Source: Candidatus Fimimorpha excrementavium
GTDB taxonomy: Bacteria > Bacillota > Clostridia > Lachnospirales > Lachnospiraceae
Reading direction: 5' to 3'
Length of the DNA stretch: 64,000 bases
NCBI GenBank assembly: GCA_018710785.1
Contig: DVJD01000089.1
Span: forward strand, 6,598 to 70,597
The position numbers and the translations under genes are program-made. A model generated the notes under the pieces. That model had not been told where the DNA came from, ran no database searches, and was given only the letters and a program-made list of their open reading frames with translations. Positions 24,581-34,821 of this stretch are shown here, piece by piece; the stretch's first letter is position 1; every line of letters begins with the position of its first letter.

Positions 24581-27493
24581 ATGGACAAGATAAAAATAAA
24601 AATGGATGATGTAGAGACAGAATTGGCGGTCTGCGGCGGTCAGCTGGAATGGTCAGAGGAGCACTATATTACAGAGCGTTCTCTGAAATGGACGGCGAAA
24701 AATGGGGACTGCCTGCGTATTGACAGACCGCTGGCGGTGCGGGAAAGACGGGTTTTGGAAACCTATCAGCTGAAGGGGAAGACCGTTTCTTTAAAAGAGT
24801 ATGGATTTGGTTTCCATGGTTTTGTGTACAGCACGGAACCGTCGGACCAGAAACTGATTTTTTCATTCTGGAAGCAGGGGGAGAAGTGCCTTTCCTTTAC
24901 CTATCATTTGAATTATATCGGATGGAAAGAGATCAATATTCCATACGAGCGGGGATTTATGAAGGGGCAGTATCAGGAGGGCATGGATCGGATGACGGTT
25001 TCCATATCCACAGACCGGGAAGGAGCGGTGGTATATCTGGATGATATCCAGCTGTGCAGATCCATGAGCCCGCTGCATGTATACGGCGCCATGTGTGAGC
25101 AGGTACCGGATCTGGGAAGACATACCAGGCGGATGACGGCCTGTACGGAAGAGATGGGCGGCATCTGGCTGAACCGGCCCATTCTGTTTAAAGAAAAAAT
25201 CACAGAGAGCCGGAAACGTACCTTTGCCGAGATGGAGTCCCGGTATCTGGCCATCTGCGATGAGATGGATCTGCCGCCCTTTGAGTCCTTTCATGCGGAA
25301 AAACAGGAGATTCTGGACTTCTTTGACTCCTATCATTTGAGGGAGACAGAAGGGCGGATCACAGGAAAGCATATCCAGGGAAATACCGCCTATATCCGCA
25401 TGATGAAGGCCCTGGCATATGAATATCAAAGGCAGCCGGATGAGAAATTGGCGGATTTGTTTATCCTGGCCTACCGTCATCTCAAAGACCAGAACAGTAA
25501 AGTGAACTGGTACAATGGACGCGGAGCAGCCAGCAGTTTCCTGCTCATGAAGCCGGTCTTAAAGCAGAGAGGGCTCCTGAAAGAAGTGACCGCCTATCTC
25601 AAATATCAGTATGGGTTTAACAAGGTTTACGATACCACGTCCAAGGCCGGGGTAGCCGGACATCGGTTTGAGGACTCGGATGTCACAGGCATGGATCTGC
25701 CAAGTATGCTGGCCTGTGTTCTTCTGATGGAAGACTGTGATGAGAAGGTGCAGGATATGCGGTATCTCGTCCGCTATATGGAAGAATTTTGCCTGGGATA
25801 TGCGCCCGGGATCAGCAGCGGCTGCAAAAAAGATGGGGTGATTTCCCACCACTGCGGTTTTGTGCGCAATTATCAGATCGTAGCGGTGTATTCCTTCTCC
25901 CGGGTATTGGAGATCCTGGCGGACACGGAATTTATGATCGGTGAAACGGCCGTCAGTCGTTTTCGGACTATTTTGGAGACGGAGTACAAGGTATATCAGG
26001 GCGCCTATGAGAGCTTTGCCCTGAGCGAGTATGAATTTAACGCCCAAAAGGATGTCAGCGTCTGCGAATTTGCCCATACAGCCCGGGCGCTGCATGATGA
26101 GGAATTGGCCCGGATGTACATGCGCCTGGCGGAGACATCGAAAAGAGAGCGTGAGATGCCATACTATAAAGAGTGGAAGGCCAAGGGCCTGGAACCGGCT
26201 CCGTTGACAGACGTACATAAGACTCTGACATCGGCGGCAGCGGCCATTCACAGAAGAGGCAGACAGATTGCCACGGTGCGCGGCCACAGCCAGTATGTGT
26301 ATTCCATGGAAATCTGGCCGGAACTGGGCGGACGCTATACCGCATTTTCTCTGTACCGGTCCTTTGGATTTTTGGAGCTGGCGGAGTATCCCCAAGGAGA
26401 CAGCGGACTGCAAAACGGCGTGATGATCGACCGGGGCTTCGATTACCGCCGCTGGAACGGAGCCACGGCGGTGTGCCTGCCCTATGATCAGATCAAATCG
26501 GCGCCTTTGGATGTGGATGATGAGCGGGCGGAATGGCTCATGTCCGATCAGCCGTTTGTGGGCGGACTGGACGACAGCAGACAGAATGGAATCTTTGTGC
26601 TGAAACTTCACGGCCATCAGAAGTATGGCATGGAGAGCTTTTATGCCAGCAAGTCCTATCATTTTTATGATGATGTGATCGTCTGCCTGGGAAGCGGCAT
26701 CAACAGCGATTATGAAAACTATGACACAGAGACCACCCTGTTTCAGGATTACGGCAGCGGCGCCGTGCGCGAGGGCAATATCCTGGCCGATAACCGGGAT
26801 AACGGATATTATGTTTGGGATGCCAGCCAGCTGGAGTTCTTTGAAAAAGATGTGGTGTCGCGGGACATGAAGGATCACGAAGATACCCATGGCCATCGGG
26901 CGTTTGCGCTGCTTAATCATGGAAAGCAGCCAAAGGATGCCTCTTATGCGTACCTGATTGGCATGAAGAAGGGCATCGATGGAATCCGCGTCCTGTCTGT
27001 GGAAGAAAACATCCGGATTTTAAGGCAGGATAAATACGCGCACATTGTACAGATCTTTGATAAGAGGGATTATGTACTGTTCCGGAAGGATTATGAGCTC
27101 CATGACCGTTATATTGACAGCGTCACAGAGAGCTGCCTGCTGTCCCTGACCCATGGGGAGGACGGCAGCATCCATCTGTCGGTATGTGACCCGGATCTTC
27201 GCTATTATCATGGGGAGAGTGAAGATTATGATCTGAACCGTGTACAGAGAGAACAGGCGGTTTATGGGCGGTTCTGGATGTATAATGAGAGCCATCCGTC
27301 TCTGATTTGGGTTGTATTTAATGGAAAGGTTCAAGCGCTTCAGACGGTTTCCGGAAAAGCCGCGCGTATTGTCCAGCAGTCCCAGACAAAGACCATACTA
27401 GAATTTGAGTGCTGCGATGGATTCACCAATGAAGTGAAATTTAAGCTCAAAGACGATACAGCAGAGCAGATGCAAAGTACCGTTAAAAAGTAG
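24581..27493 (+). CDS. Polysaccharide lyase, PL8-like (chondroitin AC / hyaluronate / xanthan lyase fold), 970 aa, cytoplasmic
   Basis: DGVISHHCGFVRNYQIVAVY resembles the PL8 DGSFxQH....Y.G.YG block. RWNGATAV resembles W.R.PGTT. KSYHFYDDVIVCLGSGI resembles the Lyase_8 K.WF.FDDEIV.LG.GI block. Start moved to ATG 24581, 11 nt after AGGAG. Confidence 0.55.
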   Translation: MDKIKIKMDDVETELAVCGGQLEWSEEHYITERSLKWTAKNGDCLRIDRPLAVRERRVLETYQLKGKTVSLKEYGFGFHGFVYSTEPSDQKLIFSFWKQGEKCLSFTYHLNYIGWKEINIPYERGFMKGQYQEGMDRMTVSISTDREGAVVYLDDIQLCRSMSPLHVYGAMCEQVPDLGRHTRRMTACTEEMGGIWLNRPILFKEKITESRKRTFAEMESRYLAICDEMDLPPFESFHAEKQEILDFFDSYHLRETEGRITGKHIQGNTAYIRMMKALAYEYQRQPDEKLADLFILAYRHLKDQNSKVNWYNGRGAASSFLLMKPVLKQRGLLKEVTAYLKYQYGFNKVYDTTSKAGVAGHRFEDSDVTGMDLPSMLACVLLMEDCDEKVQDMRYLVRYMEEFCLGYAPGISSGCKKDGVISHHCGFVRNYQIVAVYSFSRVLEILADTEFMIGETAVSRFRTILETEYKVYQGAYESFALSEYEFNAQKDVSVCEFAHTARALHDEELARMYMRLAETSKREREMPYYKEWKAKGLEPAPLTDVHKTLTSAAAAIHRRGRQIATVRGHSQYVYSMEIWPELGGRYTAFSLYRSFGFLELAEYPQGDSGLQNGVMIDRGFDYRRWNGATAVCLPYDQIKSAPLDVDDERAEWLMSDQPFVGGLDDSRQNGIFVLKLHGHQKYGMESFYASKSYHFYDDVIVCLGSGINSDYENYDTETTLFQDYGSGAVREGNILADNRDNGYYVWDASQLEFFEKDVVSRDMKDHEDTHGHRAFALLNHGKQPKDASYAYLIGMKKGIDGIRVLSVEENIRILRQDKYAHIVQIFDKRDYVLFRKDYELHDRYIDSVTESCLLSLTHGEDGSIHLSVCDPDLRYYHGESEDYDLNRVQREQAVYGRFWMYNESHPSLIWVVFNGKVQALQTVSGKAARIVQQSQTKTILEFECCDGFTNEVKFKLKDDTAEQMQSTVKK

Positions 27494-27516
27494 TTCGATA
27501 AAAGGAGGACTGTAAA

Positions 27517-28893
27517 ATGAATCTAATATATATTTTTGCAGATCAGTGGAGAAGAGATGTACTGGGAATTTATGATTCTCGTGTAAAGACACCAAATTTG
27601 GATGCATTTGCAGAAGAAAGTGCAGTATTTGACCGTGCATACAGTTCTTGCCCGTTATGTTCACCCAATCGTGCATGCCTTTTGACGGGAAAACAGCCGA
27701 GGAACACCAACGTGTTTACGAATTGCAAACCGGGTGTGGATGCGTATCTTCCGGAAGATACCATCTGCGTATCGGATGTGCTGAAAGCACAGGGATATCA
27801 TACCGGGTACATCGGTAAATGGCATCTGGATAAGCCGGATGGCGATGATCCCAATAATTGGGATGCCTATACGATGCCGGGAAAAAGACGTCACGGGTTT
27901 GATTTCTGGTATTCCTATGGTGCACATAACAGGCATTCCCATCCATATTATTGGACGACAGAGGGGGAATATGTGGAAGTGGATGAGTGGTCGCCGAAGC
28001 ATGAAACGGATGTGGCGCTGCAGTTTTTAAAAGAAAACAAGGATAATAAGTTTGCGCTTTTTATTTCCTATAATCCACCCCATACCCCGTATGATCAGAC
28101 CCCTGAAAAGTATCAGAACTTGTATACGGGAGAGGAAAAAGATATCAAGGCTGTAACACCTGCCCCGGAAGGCGCCGGAGATAAGCTTGGCGCGAATTGG
28201 AATCAGAAAGAAAACGTGAAAGGCTATTATGGGGCAGTCAGCGGTATTGATGAAAATATCGGACGGATTATTTCATATTTGAAAGAAAATGATCACTATG
28301 AAGATACATACATATTTATTTCCGCAGACCATGGGGATATGCTGGGGGATCATGGACGATTTGCAAAGCATATCTGGTATGAAGGTTCTGTTGGGATTCC
28401 GCTGATCATCGGCGGAGGCGATATCAAACCTATGCGAACAGATACACTGGTAGGAGGTCCTGATCAGACTGCTGCGATTCTGGGATTGCTGGGACTGCCG
28501 ATTCCTGAGAGTATGCAGGCCAAGGATTTCTCCCCATTACTGCGCGGTGAATCATTTGAGGAATACGAGTCGATTATGACGGTGTCATTTCCCAATACAA
28601 AAGAGAGAATTGAAGAGTTTCAAGCGCATGGCAAAAATTTTATGGATTATGGATGGCGCAGCATTATCACAAAAGAGTATAAGCTGGCGATCTTAAAGGG
28701 AATGTCATATGGTGAAAAGCCGCAGACCTTTTTATTTGATCTGAAAAATGATCCATATGAAAATGTCAATATTCATGATGACGATGTGATGCAGAGGATG
28801 ATGAGGGAACTCAAAAAATGGTGTGATGCGACGGGGGATGGATTCCTGGATGATTTGTTTTCTGCCTGCCATCATAATGATTTAAACTCCTGA
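27517..28893 (+). CDS. Cys-type sulfatase
   Basis: Formylglycine motif CSPNRACLLTG, plus GKWHL and SADHGDMLGDHG. No signal peptide. RBS AAAGGAGG. Confidence 0.9.
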   Translation: MNLIYIFADQWRRDVLGIYDSRVKTPNLDAFAEESAVFDRAYSSCPLCSPNRACLLTGKQPRNTNVFTNCKPGVDAYLPEDTICVSDVLKAQGYHTGYIGKWHLDKPDGDDPNNWDAYTMPGKRRHGFDFWYSYGAHNRHSHPYYWTTEGEYVEVDEWSPKHETDVALQFLKENKDNKFALFISYNPPHTPYDQTPEKYQNLYTGEEKDIKAVTPAPEGAGDKLGANWNQKENVKGYYGAVSGIDENIGRIISYLKENDHYEDTYIFISADHGDMLGDHGRFAKHIWYEGSVGIPLIIGGGDIKPMRTDTLVGGPDQTAAILGLLGLPIPESMQAKDFSPLLRGESFEEYESIMTVSFPNTKERIEEFQAHGKNFMDYGWRSIITKEYKLAILKGMSYGEKPQTFLFDLKNDPYENVNIHDDDVMQRMMRELKKWCDATGDGFLDDLFSACHHNDLNS

Positions 28894-29095
28894 AAAAACT
28901 GGCTGGCCGTGATGAGATTTTCCATGGAGCAAACAGGGAGATACTGCTGGCTGGCAGAGCGGGATTGGTTTATAAAAAACGCTGATTTTTATGTAAAAAC
29001 GGGTGGTTTTATGTACCTGTACTAGTCACTTTATCAGTGATTTGGTATAATTACAAAAAGCAAAAAATTGATACGTAAATGGAGGGATGATTCGA

Positions 29096-30292
29096 ATGAT
29101 CAACTACGAAAGAATTAAGATGGAAGAAATCCAGAATCCGGAGCGCTTTACCGGTGATACATCCTTTTTGGATGATGCAGTGGCATATGCGACGGGAAAA
29201 GTATGGGAAGTAATGGGGGATTTTGTGCACAGCCATCCCGATGCCAGCAGTATCAACTTAATGTATGAGGCAGTTCCCAATACCCCGCATGGAATCGGTG
29301 TGGAATGGGTAGCCGGTTTCTGGACAGGCCTGCTGTGGCTGTCCTATGAGCTGACAGGCAATGAGGTATACCGGGCAGTGGCGGAAGCCCAGCTGGAAGA
29401 TTACAAGAATGCGCTGAAATATCCGGAAGAATTTCATCATCATGATATCGGATTTTTGTTTGTGCCGTCCACTGTGGCACAGTACAAAGTCACAGGCAGC
29501 CAGAGAGCCAAAAAAGTATCATTAAAGGCAGCAAAGCTTTTGGCAAAGCGTTTCTGCCGCAATGCGGGAATCATTCAGGTGAGAAACCGTGATGCACAGG
29601 GCAACTTCATCATTGACTGTTCCATGAATGTACCGCTTCTGTTCTGGGCCAGCACCATGACACAGGACCGTGAATTTTTCTATAAGGCATACAGCCATCT
29701 GGCTCAGGCTGCCCGCTGTATGGTTCGCGATGATGCATCCACCTATCAGTGCTACAAGATCGATGAGCTGACAGGGGAACCGGTCAGAGGATGGCAGGGA
29801 CAGGGCCATGATGATGATTCCTGCTGGGCAAGAGGCCAGGTATGGATCATGTATGGTATGACCATTGGCTACCGCTATACTAAGGATAAGGCGCTTCTGG
29901 AGATTGCAAAGCGTACATCCAATTATTATCTGAACCGTCTGCCGTCGGATCTGATCTGCAACTGGGATCTGATGTTCACAGAAGATGATGTGCAGAGGGA
30001 TTCCTCTTCCGCTCCGGTGGCGGCCTGCGCGCTTCTGGAACTGGAGAAGTATCTGGATGATTCCGACCCGCTGAAGGAAATCTATCACAATGCGGCAGTC
30101 AGCATGATGAGAAGCCTGGCTGAGACTTATACAACCAAGGGACTTCACTCCAATGGTCTTTTGCAGCATGGTGTATACTGCAAGGATAAGGGCAGCGGAG
30201 GTCTGGGAGATGATGAGTGCTGTATGTGGGGCGATTACTTCTACATGGAAGCGCTGGCCAGACTGAAGAAAGACTGGAATATGTACTGGTAA
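29096..30292 (+). CDS. Unsaturated glucuronyl hydrolase, GH88
   Basis: GFWTGLLWL, HHDIGFLF, IIDCSMNVPLLFWAS, WARGQVW and RDSSSAPVAACALLEL blocks. Start set to ATG 29096, 9 nt after GGAGGG; ATG 29087 abuts the RBS. Confidence 0.9.
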   Translation: MINYERIKMEEIQNPERFTGDTSFLDDAVAYATGKVWEVMGDFVHSHPDASSINLMYEAVPNTPHGIGVEWVAGFWTGLLWLSYELTGNEVYRAVAEAQLEDYKNALKYPEEFHHHDIGFLFVPSTVAQYKVTGSQRAKKVSLKAAKLLAKRFCRNAGIIQVRNRDAQGNFIIDCSMNVPLLFWASTMTQDREFFYKAYSHLAQAARCMVRDDASTYQCYKIDELTGEPVRGWQGQGHDDDSCWARGQVWIMYGMTIGYRYTKDKALLEIAKRTSNYYLNRLPSDLICNWDLMFTEDDVQRDSSSAPVAACALLELEKYLDDSDPLKEIYHNAAVSMMRSLAETYTTKGLHSNGLLQHGVYCKDKGSGGLGDDECCMWGDYFYMEALARLKKDWNMYW

Positions 30293-30302
30293 GGAACAAA
30301 AA

Positions 30303-30372
30303 GGGAGACCGCGACATTCGCATAGCCGCAGCTGCAGCGTGCGAATGCAGCGGTCTCCCTGTTTCTGTTTTG
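30303..30372. terminator. Long bidirectional terminator hairpin with a CATTCGCAT / GTGCGAATG inner module
   Basis: GGGAGACCGC (30303-30312) pairs with GCGGTCTCCC (30350-30359), then TGTTTCTGTTTT. Confidence 0.7.
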
Positions 30373-30382
30373 GAAGGCGGTG

Positions 30383-30610
30383 TCACTGCCGGATCTCCTT
30401 CAGATCCTCCACCATCTGCAGGTCTTCTTTTAAAACCTTCATGTTGGCCACGTGTTCACGGCCGTCGGGATCAATGACCTTAAACTCCAGGATGGTGCCT
30501 TCTGTCATGTGATTCTGAAACATATCCTGAAAAAACAAAGGCAGTTTCGGATGGCGAACCTGAAACTGTTTGAGAGAATTCTGAAGCTGCATGAGTTTTA
30601 ATGGGTTCAT
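30383..30610 (-). CDS. Small hypothetical protein (75 aa)
   Basis: Isolated ORF ending at the bidirectional terminator. Weak RBS AAAGGA. No motif recognised. Confidence 0.45.
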   Translation of the reverse strand: MNPLKLMQLQNSLKQFQVRHPKLPLFFQDMFQNHMTEGTILEFKVIDPDGREHVANMKVLKEDLQMVEDLKEIRQ

Positions 30611-30789
30611 GACCGGATTCCTTTCTGATGTAAGAATGTAGATGAAAAATAACAGGGCTATTATAAGATAAAACCATTTTTTTTGTCAAATGTTCCGAGC
30701 TATCCATTGGCTTTCGTCTGGAAAAGCCAGGCGTCCTGTTCACAAATCGTTCACTCATGCGTTTGTTGTACCATGGCTTTGGAAAAGAA

Positions 30790-30818
30790 TTGATTTTTAG
30801 GATGGAAACTATTATAAT
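30790..30818 (+). promoter_or_regulatory. Promoter of the pot operon
   Basis: TTGATT (30790-30795), 17-nt spacer, TATAAT (30813-30818). Confidence 0.55.
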
Positions 30819-30866
30819 AAACAGGACTATATTAAACATGGAAGAAATACAGTTTGCTGATAATGA

Positions 30867-31904
30867 GTGACATGCAAACGCAGAAAGGTATGGGATACGG
30901 ATTTGAATGAGGTATTATTATCGCTGAAGAATATAAAAAAGAGCTTCGGGGAGACCAATGTTCTGAAGGGCATCAGCCTGGATATCGGCAGAGGGGAATT
31001 TATCACGCTTCTGGGATCGTCCGGCTGCGGAAAGACGACCACCCTGCGCATCGTGGCGGGGTTGGAGACGCCGGATGAGGGACAGGTGATTTTGGAAGGG
31101 CAGGATGTGACGAACCTGGAACCCCACAAAAGAGATGTGAACACGGTGTTTCAGAATTATGCCCTCTTTCCCCACATGGATGTGGCAGCCAATATTGCTT
31201 ATGGGCTGAAGATACGAAAGGTGCCCAAGGCAGAGCAGAAGCAGAAAGTGGAGGAAGCCCTTTCCCTGGTGCAGCTTTCCGGGTATGGAAAGCGGTATCC
31301 GTCGGAACTGTCCGGCGGGCAGAAGCAGAGGGTGGCCATCGCCAGGGCGCTGGTCAATAACCCCAAGGTGCTGCTTCTGGATGAACCGCTGGGCGCGCTG
31401 GATCTGCAGCTTCGCCGCCAGATGCAGGTGGAGCTGAAGCGTCTGCAGAAAAAGCTGGGCATCACATTTATCTACATTACCCACGATCAGGAGGAGGCCA
31501 TCAATATGTCCGACCGGATCGCGGTGATGAATCAGGGCGTGTTTGAACAGATCGGGACGCCCAATGAGATTTACAATCATCCCCTGACCGCCTATGTGGC
31601 CCAGTTTGTGGGAAATGCCAATATTTTCCATGCGGATGGGAAGGCCTATGCCATCCGCAGTGAACACGTCCTGTTTTCCAGGGGAGAGGACTACCCTTAC
31701 CATGGGGTGGTAAAGGAAAAATCCTTTGCCGGAGGTCAGCTTCGCCTTCTTATGGAACTTTCGGACGGCCAGCAGATGACGGCCAGCCGCCATGGCATCG
31801 ATGCCGATGTGGCGGAGGGCGATCGTGTCTGTCTTGGATGGAAAACGGAACATGCGGTGCCGGTGAAAGAAGACAGCCAGGCAGCCGAAAAGCCGTTTGC
31901 GTGA
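30867..31904 (+). CDS. potA: Spermidine/putrescine ABC importer ATP-binding protein
   Basis: Walker [24 protein letters not shown]-terminal TOBE-like domain. The start is uncertain: GTG 30867 lacks an RBS, and in-frame TTG 30903 is an alternative. Confidence 0.85.
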   Translation: MTCKRRKVWDTDLNEVLLSLKNIKKSFGETNVLKGISLDIGRGEFITLLGSSGCGKTTTLRIVAGLETPDEGQVILEGQDVTNLEPHKRDVNTVFQNYALFPHMDVAANIAYGLKIRKVPKAEQKQKVEEALSLVQLSGYGKRYPSELSGGQKQRVAIARALVNNPKVLLLDEPLGALDLQLRRQMQVELKRLQKKLGITFIYITHDQEEAINMSDRIAVMNQGVFEQIGTPNEIYNHPLTAYVAQFVGNANIFHADGKAYAIRSEHVLFSRGEDYPYHGVVKEKSFAGGQLRLLMELSDGQQMTASRHGIDADVAEGDRVCLGWKTEHAVPVKEDSQAAEKPFA

Positions 31905-31927
31905 GGAAATAGAAAGGGTTTGGGTGA

Positions 31928-32803
31928 GTGAGGATGCTTCCGACACAGCAGAAAAAAAAGAACGGCAAACTGTGGCTGGCAGTGGCGCCGCTGTATATTT
32001 TTACTCTGATCTTTGTGGCTGGTCCGCTGATTTATATGGTGTTTTTAAGTTTCCAGACAAGGGCAGAGGGGTTTGGCGTGATCAATGAATTCACGCTGGA
32101 CAATTATAAGAAAATTTTGGACCCGGTTTATCTGGGAACCTTTGGCCAGTCGCTTCGGCTGGCGGTGATTTCCACAGGGATTATCGTGCTGATTGGTTAT
32201 CCCTTTGGATATTTCATGGCAAAATGTTCGCCCAAGTGGAAACGGCGTCTGATGATGATGATCATGATTCCGTTTTGGACCAGCGCGCTGATCCGTCTGT
32301 ACGGCTGGATGATCCTTCTGCAGGCAAAAGGGGCCATCTATCAGACGTTTCATTTCTTTGGAATCGACATCGCCCCGCTGAAGATTCTGTACAGTTATCC
32401 GGCGGTGGTGATCGGTATGGTCTATGCGCTGCTGCCGTTTATGATCCTGTCGGTGTATTCCAGCGCGGAGAAGATGGACTGGTCTCTGGTGGAGGCAGCG
32501 AGAGATCTGGGCGCGTCTTCGGCGAAAGCGTTTTGGACCGTGACATTCAAATTAACCATGCCGGGCCTCTTATCCGGTGTGATTCTCACATTTGTGCCTT
32601 CCATGGGATTGTTTTTCATCGCCGATATTCTGGGAGGAAATAAAATCGTATTGGTGGGAAATCTGATCCAGGATCAATTGACGCGGGGAGCGGACTGGCC
32701 GTTTGCGGCGGCGTTGGCCGTGGTGCTGATGGTGATGACCTCGCTTTTAATTTTCCTGTACCGCAAGATTGCCCACACCACAGAACTGGAAGGAATCCTG
32801 TAA
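31928..32803 (+). CDS. potB: Spermidine/putrescine ABC importer permease
   Basis: Multi-TM protein with EAA loop EAARDLGASSAKAFWTVTFKLTMP. Start is GTG 31928 or ATG 31934. Confidence 0.85.
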   Translation: MRMLPTQQKKKNGKLWLAVAPLYIFTLIFVAGPLIYMVFLSFQTRAEGFGVINEFTLDNYKKILDPVYLGTFGQSLRLAVISTGIIVLIGYPFGYFMAKCSPKWKRRLMMMIMIPFWTSALIRLYGWMILLQAKGAIYQTFHFFGIDIAPLKILYSYPAVVIGMVYALLPFMILSVYSSAEKMDWSLVEAARDLGASSAKAFWTVTFKLTMPGLLSGVILTFVPSMGLFFIADILGGNKIVLVGNLIQDQLTRGADWPFAAALAVVLMVMTSLLIFLYRKIAHTTELEGIL

Positions 32804-32818
32804 GGAAGGAGAGGGAAG

Positions 32819-33601
32819 ATGAAGAATAAAACAAAACTGCCCGGCATTTTTCTGGGTATTGTGCTGGTCGTCATGTATCTGCCCATCCTGATGGTGGTTC
32901 TGTATTCCTTCAACGAAGGAAAACTGATCGCTTCCTGGAAGGGATTTTCGCTGGATTGGTATGTGAAGCTGTTTCAGGATGAAGAAATTTGGGAGGCAGT
33001 GAAAAACAGCCTGATCCTGGGCGTATTAAGCTGTTTTGCAGCGGCCGTGCTGGGGACCGTGGGAGCCGTCGGCATGGCAAAAGTGAAATCCAGAACCAAG
33101 GGCCCCATGGAATACATATCCACACTTCCGATTATGATCCCGGAGATCATCCTTGGAATGGTGTTTCTGACCTTTTTCCATCTGCTGAACCTTCCCAATG
33201 GAATGGTGACGCTGGTGATTGCGCATACTGCATTTTGTATCCCGTATATCTATATGATGGTGAAGGCCAGACTGGTGGGATTGGACAAGGCGCTGGAGGA
33301 GGCGGCCAAGGATCTGGGAGCGACGCCCCTTCGAACCTTTTTTGACATCACCCTGCCCCTGATTCTGCCTGCCGTGGCGTCGGGATGTCTGCTGGCCTTT
33401 GCCATGTCGTGGGATGATGTGATCATCAGTATTTTCGTGACGGGTCCCAAGGTGACGACGCTGCCCATCAAGATTTATACGCAGATGAAAACCGGTGTGA
33501 CGCCGGAGATCAATGCGCTCTGTACCGTGATGCTGGCAGTGACGATCCTTGTGCTGGCGCTGGCAGGGCTGATTCGAAAGAGGTTTGCAAAAAGAAGGTA
33601 A
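32819..33601 (+). CDS. potC: Spermidine/putrescine ABC importer permease
   Basis: Multi-TM protein with EAA loop EAAKDLGATPLRTFFDITLP. RBS GGAAGGAG. Confidence 0.85.
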   Translation: MKNKTKLPGIFLGIVLVVMYLPILMVVLYSFNEGKLIASWKGFSLDWYVKLFQDEEIWEAVKNSLILGVLSCFAAAVLGTVGAVGMAKVKSRTKGPMEYISTLPIMIPEIILGMVFLTFFHLLNLPNGMVTLVIAHTAFCIPYIYMMVKARLVGLDKALEEAAKDLGATPLRTFFDITLPLILPAVASGCLLAFAMSWDDVIISIFVTGPKVTTLPIKIYTQMKTGVTPEINALCTVMLAVTILVLALAGLIRKRFAKRR

Positions 33602-33674
33602 CAGAAACCGTCCCAAATAACCATTGAAACCGGTGGCGGAACAATAGAATAAAAAAGTGAAAATGGAGGATTCT

Positions 33675-34802
33675 ATGAGAAAGAACATGTATGCAGGATT
33701 TTTGGCAGCCGCTTTGGCGGCTTCGTCGGTACTGGCCGGGTGCGGGGATTCCGCTTCGGAGGCCACAAAGGCGGATCAGGACGCGCAGGAAACATCTGCT
33801 CAGGGAGAGGCGTCCGGGGGAGAAAACGGAGGAAGCGGCAGCAATGAACTGGTGTTATACACCTGGGATCTGATGTTCCCCGATGAGATTCTCGATGGAT
33901 TTGAGGAAGAGACCGGCATCGAGGTGGTTTACTCCAAATTTGATACGGATGAAGCCATGTTCCAGAAACTCAGCACGGCAGAGGGCGGGGACTATGACCT
34001 GATCTTCGCGGATGATTACATCATTGAAAGCGCCATCGACGCAGGGCTGGTTCAGAAACTGGATACTTCCAAACTGGAGAATTACGGCAACATCGACAGC
34101 CGGTATCAGGGACAGTTTTATGACCCCGATGATGAGTATACCGTGCCCTTCGGCGCCGGGATTCCGCTGATCGTCTATGATCCGGAACTGGTGGATTTTG
34201 AAATCACCGGATATGAGGATCTCTGGAATGAAAATCTGACGGACAGTGTGGCTTTGATCGCCAACGGCCGCGTTATCACCGGCATCACGCTGCTTTCCAT
34301 GGGAGAATCCATGAATACTGAGGATACGGCGGTCATTGAGGCAGCCGGAGAAAAGCTTTTGCAGCTGGCGCCCAATGTGCGTCTGATTCAGGATGACAAT
34401 ACCCAGAATGCCCTTTTAAATGGGGAGGCATCGGTGGCCTTTTTATATACCTCCCAGGTATATGCAGCGCTGCAGGAAAATCCGGATCTGAAGGTGGTTG
34501 TACCGGAAGAGGGACTTGGATTCGGTGTGATCGCCGGGTTTATACCGTCCCAGGCGCCCAACAGTGAAGCGGCGTATCAGTTTTTAGACTACATACTGGA
34601 TGCGGAACACAGTGCGGCATGTACCCAGTATGTGGGATATTATTCTACGAATACAGCAGGAGCGGAACTGATCCCGGAGGATGTGGCTCAGCTCTTGGTG
34701 GCTCCTGAGGGGAAAACCATGGAAATGGTGGAGAATGTCAGCCAGGAAGCCAATGATGTGTATAACAAGGTATGGACAGAATTTAAAGCTGCATGTGACT
34801 GA
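33675..34802 (+). CDS. potD: Spermidine/putrescine-binding lipoprotein
   Basis: Lipobox LAGCGDS. PotD-like body. Start moved to ATG 33675 after GGAGGA. Confidence 0.8.
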   Translation: MRKNMYAGFLAAALAASSVLAGCGDSASEATKADQDAQETSAQGEASGGENGGSGSNELVLYTWDLMFPDEILDGFEEETGIEVVYSKFDTDEAMFQKLSTAEGGDYDLIFADDYIIESAIDAGLVQKLDTSKLENYGNIDSRYQGQFYDPDDEYTVPFGAGIPLIVYDPELVDFEITGYEDLWNENLTDSVALIANGRVITGITLLSMGESMNTEDTAVIEAAGEKLLQLAPNVRLIQDDNTQNALLNGEASVAFLYTSQVYAALQENPDLKVVVPEEGLGFGVIAGFIPSQAPNSEAAYQFLDYILDAEHSAACTQYVGYYSTNTAGAELIPEDVAQLLVAPEGKTMEMVENVSQEANDVYNKVWTEFKAACD

Positions 34803-34821
34803 CAAAGGAGGAAGGGTCTGA

